Assembly (NCBI GenBank): GCA_963782055.1
Contig: CAWAIF010000002.1
Coordinates: 160,001-224,000, forward strand
Reading direction: 5' to 3'
DNA length: 64,000 nucleotides
DNA from: an uncultured delta proteobacterium
GTDB lineage: Bacteria > Myxococcota_A > Polyangia > Polyangiales > Polyangiaceae
Part shown: positions 48,854-57,364 of the stretch, piece after piece
Layout: every line of letters starts with the position of its first letter
How positions within the stretch are numbered: the stretch's first letter is position 1
Notes under the pieces: model-generated
Told to the model about the DNA's origin: nothing
Databases searched by the model: none
Seen by the model: the letters and a program-made list of their open reading frames with translations, nothing else
Translations under genes and position numbers: made by a program

Positions 48854-50851
48854 ATGCCCATCCTCGCGCAGCGGTCCGGCACGCGCGTTCTCGTCGTGGC
48901 AAGCGATCCCGCCAAGGCCGACCTCCTTCGCCGCTGCGTGAGAGACGGCAGCGGGGGAACGTTCGAGGCCTGGCAGGTCGACACGACCGCGGGAACCGCC
49001 GAGGCGGCCCAGCAGGCGCGCGCCCACGTGCTGCTGCTGGACCCGGCGAGTGACCGGACCGCCCTCGCGACTGTCCGCGCGAGCGTTCCGGAGCTGCCCA
49101 TCGTGGTGCTCGTCGCGCCCCGCGACTTCGCCTCCAGCGTGCGGTCGCTGCGGACCGACGCCGACGACGTGCTCTTCGAGTGGGAGCTGGAGCCGCACCT
49201 CTTGGTGTGGCGCCTCCGCCTGGCTATCGAGCGTCACGAATCGGAGCGCAAGCTGACCCAGGCTCGCGACCTCGCGGAGAACGCCAACCGTCACAAGTCG
49301 GAGTTCGTCTCGCAGGTGAGCCACGACATCCGCACGCCGATGAACACGGTGCTGGGGATGGCAGAGCTCCTCGGCGAGACCCACCTGACCAAGAAGCAGC
49401 AGCAGTACGTCCAGACGCTGCGGCGCGCCGGCGATCACCTCCTCGCCCTCCTGGACGACGTGCTCGACCTCGCCCGGATCGAGGCGGGACAGATGGAGAT
49501 CGAGGCGACGAGCTTCCGGCTGGGCGAGGTGCTGGAGACGGCGCTCGACCTCGTCCGGGTGCAGGCGACGCGCAAGGGGCTGGCGCTGGAGGTCGACGTC
49601 TCGCCCGACATCCCCGACGCCTTCCGCGGCGATCCGCGCCGGCTGCGGCAGATCCTGGTAAACCTCCTCGCGAACGCGGTGAAGTTCACCGAGCGCGGGT
49701 ATGTGCGCCTCGCGGTGACCGCCGACGGCGGGACGCCCGGCGCCACGGCCCTCCACTTCAGCGTGCAGGACACCGGCATCGGCATCCCCGCCGAGAAGGC
49801 GGACGACATCTTCACGAGCTTCGTGCAGGGAGGAAGGAGCTTCGAGAAGCGCTACGGCGGCGTCGGGCTGGGCCTCGACATCGCGCGTCGCCTCGCGGAG
49901 CTGATGGGAGGCCGCATCTGGGTCGAGAGCACCGGCGGGGGCTCGACGTTCCACGTCAGCCTCGCGCTGCCCACCGAGAGGGGGAGGCCGCGACCCTCAT
50001 TCCCGGACGCCGCCGAGCAGGAGACGGCCCTCTCCGGGCCGGGCGGTCGCCGCCTGAAGGTGCTCCTGGTGGACGACTCGGAGGACAACCGGATGCTGAT
50101 CGCAGCGTACCTGGCCCCCGCCAACGTGGCGCTGGACTACGTGAGCGACGGACCGGAGGCGGTGCGGCGCGTGGAGACCACCGCCTACGACATCGTCCTG
50201 ATGGACCTGCAGCTGCCCACGATGAACGGCTTCGCCGCGACACGTGAGCTCCACGCCGCGGAGCGAGCGCTCGGCCGGCCGCGCACGCCCGTGATCGCGC
50301 TGAGCGCGCACGCGCTTGCCGACACCGTCCTGCGCGCGCAAGAGGCGGGCTGCGCGATGCACCTGGCGAAGCCGATCCGCAAGCGAACGCTGATCGCAGC
50401 GCTCGCTCGGGTCGCCCACGCCATCACCGCCGACCCGGCCGAGGACGTGCCAGTACGCCGCGTGCCCGACGACGCCCTGCGCCTCTTCGGCCGGTTCCTG
50501 CAGAACCGGAGGCGCGATCTCACCGACATCGAGAAGGCGCTCACGAGCGGCGACTTCGACGCGGTGCGGACCCTGGGGCACAACATGCAAGGCACCTGCG
50601 CGGCCTACGGCGTCCCGGAGCTGGGTGAGCTCGGCACGCGGCTGGAGGCGGCGGCCGACCGGCACGACACGCGAGACCTGCGGCGCATGACGGGCGAGCT
50701 CGCCGCGTGCATCGAGCGCGTGACCGCCCAGCACGAGGCCGGGCGCATCGAGGCGTCTCCGCGTCGGACGCGGTCCGGGCTTCGACCGTCCCACCCCGGC
50801 ACGAAGGACGCGGCGCCACCGCACGGCCGCAGAAGGAACGGCGCATCATGA
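48854..50851 (+). CDS. Hybrid histidine kinase: degenerate REC-HisKA-HATPase-REC-Hpt
   Basis: SHDIRTPMN, NLLANAVKFT, DTGIG, GVGLGL, LMDLQLP, Hpt GHNMQG. Confidence 0.9.
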   Translation: MPILAQRSGTRVLVVASDPAKADLLRRCVRDGSGGTFEAWQVDTTAGTAEAAQQARAHVLLLDPASDRTALATVRASVPELPIVVLVAPRDFASSVRSLRTDADDVLFEWELEPHLLVWRLRLAIERHESERKLTQARDLAENANRHKSEFVSQVSHDIRTPMNTVLGMAELLGETHLTKKQQQYVQTLRRAGDHLLALLDDVLDLARIEAGQMEIEATSFRLGEVLETALDLVRVQATRKGLALEVDVSPDIPDAFRGDPRRLRQILVNLLANAVKFTERGYVRLAVTADGGTPGATALHFSVQDTGIGIPAEKADDIFTSFVQGGRSFEKRYGGVGLGLDIARRLAELMGGRIWVESTGGGSTFHVSLALPTERGRPRPSFPDAAEQETALSGPGGRRLKVLLVDDSEDNRMLIAAYLAPANVALDYVSDGPEAVRRVETTAYDIVLMDLQLPTMNGFAATRELHAAERALGRPRTPVIALSAHALADTVLRAQEAGCAMHLAKPIRKRTLIAALARVAHAITADPAEDVPVRRVPDDALRLFGRFLQNRRRDLTDIEKALTSGDFDAVRTLGHNMQGTCAAYGVPELGELGTRLEAAADRHDTRDLRRMTGELAACIERVTAQHEAGRIEASPRRTRSGLRPSHPGTKDAAPPHGRRRNGAS

Positions 50852-51231
50852 GCATGACGGTGCGCTCCTCCGATCGCAACGGCGGCGCCAGCCTGGTCGA
50901 TGTCCTCGACCGTGTCCTCGACAAGGGCCTCGTCGTCGCCGGCGACATTCGCGTCGCCCTGGCGGACGTGGAGCTGTTGACCATCCGCATCCGGCTGATG
51001 ATCTGCTCCATCGACAAGGCGCAGCAGGTGGGCCTGGACTGGTGGCGCCACGATCCGCACTTCGCGCCCGCTGGCAACAAGCTGCTCGGCGGCGACGCCG
51101 CGCTCCGGAAGCAGGTCGCCGCCCTCCAGCGACAGATCGCCAAGCTGGAGAAGGCCGCGACGTCCACCCGCCGCACCCGCTCATCGTCACCGAAGACATC
51201 GAAGAGAAAGAAGACGCGCCATGCCGATTGA
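50848..51231 (+). CDS. gvpJ: Gas vesicle protein, GvpA/J family (GvpJ-like)
   Basis: [39 protein letters not shown], coiled coil, basic tail. Confidence 0.85.
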   Translation: MSMTVRSSDRNGGASLVDVLDRVLDKGLVVAGDIRVALADVELLTIRIRLMICSIDKAQQVGLDWWRHDPHFAPAGNKLLGGDAALRKQVAALQRQIAKLEKAATSTRRTRSSSPKTSKRKKTRHAD

Positions 51232-51538
51232 ACGCAGCTCCGGCGGAACCAACCTGATCGACGTGCTGGACCGCGTCCTCGACAAGGGCATCGTGATCGA
51301 TGCCTGGCTGCGCGTACAGCTCGTGGGCATCGATCTGCTGACCGTGGAGGCCCGCGTCGTGGTCGCTTCGATCGACACGTACCTGAAGTACTCCGAGGCC
51401 GTCGGCGGGGCGGGCGCCGCCGCGCGGCCCACGCTTCCCGCCGCCCAGGTGCCGGAGTCCCTGCCGGCGCCGAAGCCGAAGCCGCGGACGCGTGCTCGGG
51501 CGAAGACCACCACGAAGACGAGGGCGCGCAGGACGTGA
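51221..51538 (+). CDS. gvpA: Gas vesicle major structural protein with basic C-terminal extension
   Basis: [51 protein letters not shown]. Confidence 0.93.
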   Translation: MPIERSSGGTNLIDVLDRVLDKGIVIDAWLRVQLVGIDLLTVEARVVVASIDTYLKYSEAVGGAGAAARPTLPAAQVPESLPAPKPKPRTRARAKTTTKTRARRT

Positions 51539-53682
51539 GCAGCCCCGCGGTCGTCGCCTCCGCCACCAGGAACGGCGCGCCCCCCACGACTCATCGGGGC
51601 GAGGCCAGCGGCCGCATGCTGCTCTTGCAGTCGCTGCTCGCGGCGGAGACGGTGACCGAGGCGGCGCGTCGCGTCGTCGAGTACCTCCACACACACGTCG
51701 GCGCGAGGCGGGTGGTCTACCTCGGGACCCACGACGCCGATGCCCGCCTGCAGGGGCTCGCCTCACGCGGCGTGGACGAAGCGCACGCGCTGGCGCTGGA
51801 GGTCGACCTGGACGTCGGCACTCACCCGCTGCTGCGCACGCTCTCGCCGCGGAGTCCCACTCCGGTCGAGATCCCCGACCTCGCGCGGCTCTTTCCGGGT
51901 GGTCGGCTGATGGTGACGCCGGTGCCGCTTCCCCTGACGCGGGTGGGGGAGCCCCTCGCGCTCCTGCTCACCGAGCCGCGCGCCGCGCTGGAGGAGGAGC
52001 TCGGCTGGGTGGCCTGCGTGCTGGGGCCGGAGCTGGCGCGCGCTCGCCGGCACGAGGATCTGAGCCGCGCCTACGCCGGAGCCCAGCGCGACGTGGCCCT
52101 GATGCGGGGGGTCCTCGATGCGGTGCCCGAGCCGGTGCTGCTTGCCGACGGCGACAGCAACGTGCTGCTCGCCAACTCTGACGCCGCGCTCTACTTCGCC
52201 TCGCCGGAGGAGGGGAGCAGCGAGGGGAGGCGGCGCGCGCTCGCGCTCAACCGGATGCTCCTCTCCGCCGTGCTCGCCAGCACCCGCAGCGCGGGGACGC
52301 AGATCCGGGAGGTGGCCGTCGTCGACCCGAGCGACGGGTCCGACCGCCTCTTCGAGCTGATCGCCGCGCACACCTCCACCGTGGCCGGCGAGGGCACCGT
52401 CGCGGTGCTCCGTAACGTGTCCGATCTCCACTCCGCGATGCGCGAGATCACCGAGAACTACCGTCGCCTGCGCGTGGCCGAGGCCGACGTCCGCGCCGAG
52501 CGCGACAGGCTGGACCTGATCATCGACTCGGTGGCCGACCCGATCATCGTCACCGGCATGCGGGGTGTGCCGCTGCGGATGAACCGCCCGGCGGAGGGGC
52601 TCCTCACGGCGGACCCCGACGCCTCCCCCGCGCGCGCGCAGCGCGTGCGCACCAACGACGCGCGCCTCTCCTCGCACGTGTCCAACGTCTTCTTCACGCC
52701 GGAGCCGCGCGTGCGCGGCGACCTCGACCTGCTCGACCCCGCCGGCATGCGCGACCTGCCGATGGAGGCGGTGAGCCGCAAGCTGATGTCGGCGCACGGG
52801 GAGGTGGCGGCGGTGGTCACCATCCTGCACGACCGCACCGAGGCGGAGGAGAAGCAGCGGCTCAACGAGCAGCTCGAGCAGGCGACGGCGCAGCTGGAGA
52901 AGAAGGTGCAGGAGGCGACGATCGAGCTCGTGAAGCAGAACGAGCTCCTGCGCCGCCAGCACATCCAGCTCGAGCAGGCCTCGAGCCTGAAGAGCCAGTT
53001 CCTCGCGACGATGTCGCACGAGTTCCGCACGCCGCTGAACGCCATCCTCGGCTACACGAGCATGCTGCTCGACAACATTTACGGGGCCCCGCCGCCGCGG
53101 CAGATCCGCTGCCTCGAGCGCGTGGACTCCAACGCCCGGCACCTGCTGGCGATCATCAACGACATCCTGGACATCTCCCGCATCGAGGCGGGCAGCATGC
53201 CGATCCACAGGTCCACGTTCGATGTCGGGAAGCTCTTGACGGAGGTCCTCTCCGAGGTGCGCCCGCTCGTGGCGCGCGACCGCGTCAAGGTGGAGCTCGC
53301 CGTCTCGTCGCGCCTGCCACGCCTGCGGACCGACCGCGCCAAGGTGAAGCAGATCCTGGTCAACCTGCTCTCCAACGCCTTCAAGTTCACCGCGGCCGGG
53401 ACCGTCGCCATCTCCGCGCGCCTCTCACCGCGAGGTCGGTGGTTGCACGTCGCCGTCGCCGACACCGGCGTGGGCGTCGCGCCGGAGGACGCCGAGGTGA
53501 TCTTCCAGGACTTCCGGCAAGCGGACAACTCCACCACCCGGCGCTTCGGCGGCACCGGGCTCGGCCTCGCCATCTCCCGGCGCCTGGCGGAGGTCCTCGG
53601 CGGCCGCATCAAGCTGGTCAGCGAGCTCGGGCAGGGCTCCACCTTCACCCTGATCCTCCCCCGGCGGCGGAGGTCGTCGTGA
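51535..53682 (+). CDS. Cytoplasmic sensor histidine kinase (GAF-like + two PAS-like domains)
   Basis: Two LD(A/S)VxxP(V/I) PAS starts, [33 protein letters not shown]; no TM helix seen. Confidence 0.9.
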   Translation: MSSPAVVASATRNGAPPTTHRGEASGRMLLLQSLLAAETVTEAARRVVEYLHTHVGARRVVYLGTHDADARLQGLASRGVDEAHALALEVDLDVGTHPLLRTLSPRSPTPVEIPDLARLFPGGRLMVTPVPLPLTRVGEPLALLLTEPRAALEEELGWVACVLGPELARARRHEDLSRAYAGAQRDVALMRGVLDAVPEPVLLADGDSNVLLANSDAALYFASPEEGSSEGRRRALALNRMLLSAVLASTRSAGTQIREVAVVDPSDGSDRLFELIAAHTSTVAGEGTVAVLRNVSDLHSAMREITENYRRLRVAEADVRAERDRLDLIIDSVADPIIVTGMRGVPLRMNRPAEGLLTADPDASPARAQRVRTNDARLSSHVSNVFFTPEPRVRGDLDLLDPAGMRDLPMEAVSRKLMSAHGEVAAVVTILHDRTEAEEKQRLNEQLEQATAQLEKKVQEATIELVKQNELLRRQHIQLEQASSLKSQFLATMSHEFRTPLNAILGYTSMLLDNIYGAPPPRQIRCLERVDSNARHLLAIINDILDISRIEAGSMPIHRSTFDVGKLLTEVLSEVRPLVARDRVKVELAVSSRLPRLRTDRAKVKQILVNLLSNAFKFTAAGTVAISARLSPRGRWLHVAVADTGVGVAPEDAEVIFQDFRQADNSTTRRFGGTGLGLAISRRLAEVLGGRIKLVSELGQGSTFTLILPRRRRSS

Positions 53683-54116
53683 AACGAGCGGCAGCGAGCG
53701 GCACCTCCCGGCGGCGTCGGGGTCGGTGCGTGCTGGTGGTCGACGACTTCGACGACAACCGCGAGATGTACGCCGAGTACCTCCAGCAGGCGGGGTACCA
53801 CGTGATCCAGGCCGCCGACGGGAAGTCCGCCGTTCAGCTCGCCACCGAGGCGCGCCCGGACCTCGTCGTCATGGACCTCTCCCTCCCGGTGATGGACGGC
53901 TGGGAGGCGACGCGCCTGTTGAAGGCCGACCCACGCACTCGCCGCATTCCGGTCATCGCCCTGACGGGGCACGCGCTCGCGGGGCACTCGCAGGGGGCGC
54001 GGGACGCGGGGTGCGACGAGTTTCTCACCAAACCATGCCTGCCGCGCGCCCTGGTCGACGCGGTGGAGCGGATGCTCGCGCCTCGCGGACGTGGGCGGAA
54101 AGGAGCGTCAGCATGA
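53679..54116 (+). CDS. Single-domain response regulator (DivK/CheY-like)
   Basis: VVDD, VMDLSLPVMDGWEA, ALTGHA, TKP. GTGA overlap. Confidence 0.9.
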   Translation: MKRAAASGTSRRRRGRCVLVVDDFDDNREMYAEYLQQAGYHVIQAADGKSAVQLATEARPDLVVMDLSLPVMDGWEATRLLKADPRTRRIPVIALTGHALAGHSQGARDAGCDEFLTKPCLPRALVDAVERMLAPRGRGRKGASA

Positions 54117-54985
54117 GCAGGAGAACGGCGCGCACCCCGGAGAAGGCCAAGGCGGTGCTGCCCGTCCGTCCCAGGGCGGAGTCGTGGCCCGAGGAAGCGA
54201 CGACGGCGAAGCACCGCGTGCTAAAAGAGCGCGGCGAAGCGCGCGGGCGCTACGTGTACTGCGTCATCGGCTCGACCGGCCACAAGACCTTCGGTCCCAT
54301 CGGCGTCGGCGTGGAGCCGGCGGAGGTCCACACCGTGCGCTTCAAGGACATCGCCGCCGTCACGTCGGACACGCCCATCGAGGTCCACGAGCCGACACGC
54401 CACAACATCCTGGCCCACGAGCGCGTGAACGAGGCGGTCATGCGGGAGCACACCGTCATCCCCATGTCCTTCGGCACCGTCTTCAAGACCGACGACGATA
54501 TCCTGGAGCTGCTCCGCTCCGCGTACGACGCGTTCAAGGACGTGCTCGTCAAGATGGAGGACAAGCTGGAGTACGGCCTCAAGGTGCTCTGGGACCGCGA
54601 CCAGATCGTCCACGCGCTGGAGCTGGAGGACGAGGACATCCGGCGCCTGCGCGCCGAGATCCTCTCCCAGAACGGGTCGACGTACTTCGCGCGCATGCAG
54701 TACGGGCGGCTCGTCGAGGCGGCCCTCGAGACGCGGTGCGAGCGCTACGTCCGCGAGATCTTCGACGAGCTCCGGCCGGTCTCCATCGCCTCGCGCGTGA
54801 ACAAGCCCATCGGTGACAGGATGATCATGAACGCCGCGTTCCTGGTGAGCCGCGAGCGGGAGGCGAAGTTCGACGCCCGCGTCAAGGCGCTCGGCGCCGC
54901 CTACGACAAGCTGACCTTCCGCTACACGGGACCCTGGCCGCCCTACAACTTCGTCAACATCCGGCTGAAGCTGGAGAAGGCGTGA
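54113..54985 (+). CDS. gvpF: Gas vesicle protein GvpF (GvpL/F family)
   Basis: YVYCVI, HERV, VIPMSFGTVF, EYGLK, NAAFLV, TGPWPPYNFV. Confidence 0.88.
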   Translation: MSRRTARTPEKAKAVLPVRPRAESWPEEATTAKHRVLKERGEARGRYVYCVIGSTGHKTFGPIGVGVEPAEVHTVRFKDIAAVTSDTPIEVHEPTRHNILAHERVNEAVMREHTVIPMSFGTVFKTDDDILELLRSAYDAFKDVLVKMEDKLEYGLKVLWDRDQIVHALELEDEDIRRLRAEILSQNGSTYFARMQYGRLVEAALETRCERYVREIFDELRPVSIASRVNKPIGDRMIMNAAFLVSREREAKFDARVKALGAAYDKLTFRYTGPWPPYNFVNIRLKLEKA

Positions 54986-55320
54986 GCATGCTCGTCATCG
55001 ACAGGATGCTGGCCTCCGGTCTGGGGTTCGTGATGCGCCGCATCGCCGAGGCCGCCGACGCTGCGTCCGACCCGACCACCGCCTTGCACGCGGGGTTGCT
55101 GGACGCGCAGGCGAGCCTGGAGCGCAACGAGATCACCGAGGCGGAGTACGAAGCCATCGAGGCGGATCTGCTGGCCGAGCTGCACGAGCGACGGCGAAGC
55201 GAGCGGCCGGCCGTGCTCTCCCACGTGACCGTGGACGTGATCGAGACCCCGCCGGAAGTCGGCGAGAAAGGAGCGCACCATGCCCCGCCGAAGCGCAAGG
55301 CCCGCAAGCGCCGCGTCTGA
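54982..55320 (+). CDS. gvpG: Gas vesicle protein GvpG
   Basis: GLGFVMRRI...LERNEITEAEYEAIEADLLAEL pattern; position after gvpF. Confidence 0.75.
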   Translation: MSMLVIDRMLASGLGFVMRRIAEAADAASDPTTALHAGLLDAQASLERNEITEAEYEAIEADLLAELHERRRSERPAVLSHVTVDVIETPPEVGEKGAHHAPPKRKARKRRV

Positions 55321-56065
55321 CGCGGACGTCGCGACCTACCTCTACTGCGTGGTGGAGGCCCCGCGCATCGACCTCGCGGGCGTCCCGCGCGGCCTGCCCG
55401 GCGCAGGAAAGCCCCGCGCGGAGCCGCTGAAGCCCGGACGGTGGATGATCGTGTGCGACGCGCCGCTCGCCCGCTACGGGCCGGAGGCCATCGAGCGCGC
55501 CACGAGCGAGCTCCGGTGGGTGGCGACCGCGGCGGTCAAGCACTCCGAGGTGGTCTCCTTCTTCGCGCGCGATCTCCCCGTCGTGCCGATGAAGATGTTC
55601 ACACTCTTCTCCGACGACCGGCGCGCCACGCGGGCGCTGCTACGCAAGGGACAATCCATCGACCGTACCTTGAAGCACATTCGCGGCTGCGCCGAATGGG
55701 GCGTCCACATCCTCCCGGCGCCGCGTCGTGCTGCCGCGCGTCGCGCCCCGGCGCCGCGCAGCGGCCGCGCCTTCCTCGTTGCGAAGCGGGAGAAGCTCGC
55801 CGGGGCGCGTGACGATCGCGCTCACCAGCGCGCCGAGGCCCTGCGCGCGCTGGGGGATCTGGAGTCGCTGTCGCGCGCCGCGCAGATGCGCGAGGCGCAG
55901 GCCGCGACGGGACCGGTGGTGGACGGCGTCCTGCTGGTGCCGAACGCGGCGAAGGCGCGGCTCGCCGCGCGCTGCGACCGATGGCGCGAGCAGCTCCAGA
56001 AGCGGGGCCTGTCCCTCCGCGTGACCGGTCCCTGGCCCTGCTACCACTTCGTGGGGGCACGATGA
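55280..56065 (+). CDS. gvpL: Gas vesicle protein, GvpL/F family
   Basis: YLYCVV, HSEVV, VVPMKMFTLF, EWGV, SGRAFL, TGPWPCYHFV. Confidence 0.82.
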   Translation: MPRRSARPASAASDADVATYLYCVVEAPRIDLAGVPRGLPGAGKPRAEPLKPGRWMIVCDAPLARYGPEAIERATSELRWVATAAVKHSEVVSFFARDLPVVPMKMFTLFSDDRRATRALLRKGQSIDRTLKHIRGCAEWGVHILPAPRRAAARRAPAPRSGRAFLVAKREKLAGARDDRAHQRAEALRALGDLESLSRAAQMREAQAATGPVVDGVLLVPNAAKARLAARCDRWREQLQKRGLSLRVTGPWPCYHFVGAR

Positions 56066-56274
56066 GCCCGGCGCGTGCCGCGCCACGCCGGCGGAGCGCC
56101 GCGGACCTCTCGCTCGCCCGCCAGGGGACCCTCCTCGACCTGCTGGATCACGTCCTCGACAAGGGCGTCGTGCTGCAGGGCGATCTGGTGATCTCCGTCG
56201 CCGACGTCGAGCTGGTCTACGTTCGCCTCTCGGCGCTGCTGTGCGGGATGTCATCGCTGGCGAGGAGGCGCTGA
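56062..56274 (+). CDS. Small GvpA-family accessory protein (GvpS/GvpM-like)
   Basis: TLLDLLDHVLDKGVVLQGDLVISVADVELVYVRLSALL. Confidence 0.85.
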   Translation: MSPARAAPRRRSAADLSLARQGTLLDLLDHVLDKGVVLQGDLVISVADVELVYVRLSALLCGMSSLARRR

Positions 56275-56897
56275 TGCTGGCCCTGGTCGCGCTCCTCCGC
56301 GCCGACGACGCCGAGCTCGCGCGCGCCCTCGGGTTCGGCGCGACGGTCGTGCGCGCGGCGTGCGTGGTGCACCGCACGGTTCGCCGCCCCGACGGGCCGA
56401 CGGCCGCGGCGGCGATCCGTCACGACCGTGCCGTGCGGCGGCTCATGTCGCGGGCCACCGCGGTGCTGCCGATGCGCCTCGGCGTCACCGTGAAGGACGC
56501 CGGCGCTCTCCCGGCGCTCCTCGGCTCCCATGACGGCGCCGTCGCCGCGCGCCTGGCGGCGGTGGAGGGCCGCGTGCAGATGACCCTCCGCGTCTACCGG
56601 GGCCCCGGCGCCGCGAGGCGCGTCACCGGAGGTCGGGGGACCCGGTACCTGGCGCGTCGCGGCGCGGAGACCGCCTTCGTCGCGCGCGCGCGCCAGGAGC
56701 TCGGAGCTGCGGTCGCCGACGAGGTGATCGAGCACCACTCCATCGAGCCGCTGCTGGCGAGCGTGTATCACCTGGTGGACAGGGGGCGCGCCGCGGCGTA
56801 CCGCGCCGGTGTCCGCCGGGTCGCGCGCGCGCACCCGGAGGTGCGCGTGGCGGCCAGCGGTCCGTGGGCCCCGTACGCCTTCTGCGCCCTGGAGTGA
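56274..56897 (+). CDS. Third, shortened GvpL/F-family protein
   Basis: HDRAV, VLPMRLG, GTRYL, YHLV, SGPWAPYAF. TGATG overlap. Confidence 0.78.
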   Translation: MLALVALLRADDAELARALGFGATVVRAACVVHRTVRRPDGPTAAAAIRHDRAVRRLMSRATAVLPMRLGVTVKDAGALPALLGSHDGAVAARLAAVEGRVQMTLRVYRGPGAARRVTGGRGTRYLARRGAETAFVARARQELGAAVADEVIEHHSIEPLLASVYHLVDRGRAAAYRAGVRRVARAHPEVRVAASGPWAPYAFCALE

Positions 56898-56900
56898 CCG

Positions 56901-57254
56901 ATGGCGGCCCGGCAATCCACCCTCGTTCGCAAGGCCCGCAGGCGCGAGATCGACGCGCTGCGACACGAGGTCACGCGCAAGAAACGCGGCCGGCTGCGCA
57001 TCGACGCCGACCCCGGCGACGTGGAGCGCTCGCTGGCGCGCCTGGTGCTCTCGCTGGTAGAGCTGCTCCGCGAGCTGATGGAGCGCGAGGCCATCCGCCG
57101 GCTGGACGGCGGCGATCTCACGCCCGACGAGATCGAGGCGGTGGGGACGGCGCTGATGCGTCTGGAGAAGGCCGTGCGCACCCTCGCCCGGCGGTTCGGC
57201 CTCAAGCCGGGCGATCTCAACCTGGACCTCGGGCCGCTCGGCCGCCTGCGCTGA
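56901..57254 (+). CDS. gvpK: Gas vesicle protein GvpK
   Basis: LARLVLSLVELLRELMEREAIRR, LNLDLGPLGRL. Confidence 0.92.
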   Translation: MAARQSTLVRKARRREIDALRHEVTRKKRGRLRIDADPGDVERSLARLVLSLVELLRELMEREAIRRLDGGDLTPDEIEAVGTALMRLEKAVRTLARRFGLKPGDLNLDLGPLGRLR

Positions 57255-57278
57255 CCGTCGTGGCGTGCGCGCACCCGC

Positions 57279-57293
57279 GTAGCGGAATGTCAC
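57279..57293 (+). promoter_or_regulatory. Putative enhancer (UAS) GTAGC-GGAAT-GTCAC
   Basis: Same half-sites and orientation as the site at 47322-47336; 41 nt upstream of the P3 GG. Confidence 0.55.
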
Positions 57294-57333
57294 GATCCCC
57301 GCCCGTCGTCGGACTATCCCGGTCCGTGTAGCG

Positions 57334-57349
57334 AGGCACATGCATTGCA
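57334..57349 (+). promoter_or_regulatory. Putative sigma54 promoter P3 (kinase-globin gene)
   Basis: AGGCACATGCATTGCA = GGCAC-N5-TTGCA; ATG at 57365. Confidence 0.75.
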
Positions 57350-57364
57350 GCGGTCTCTCCGTCC

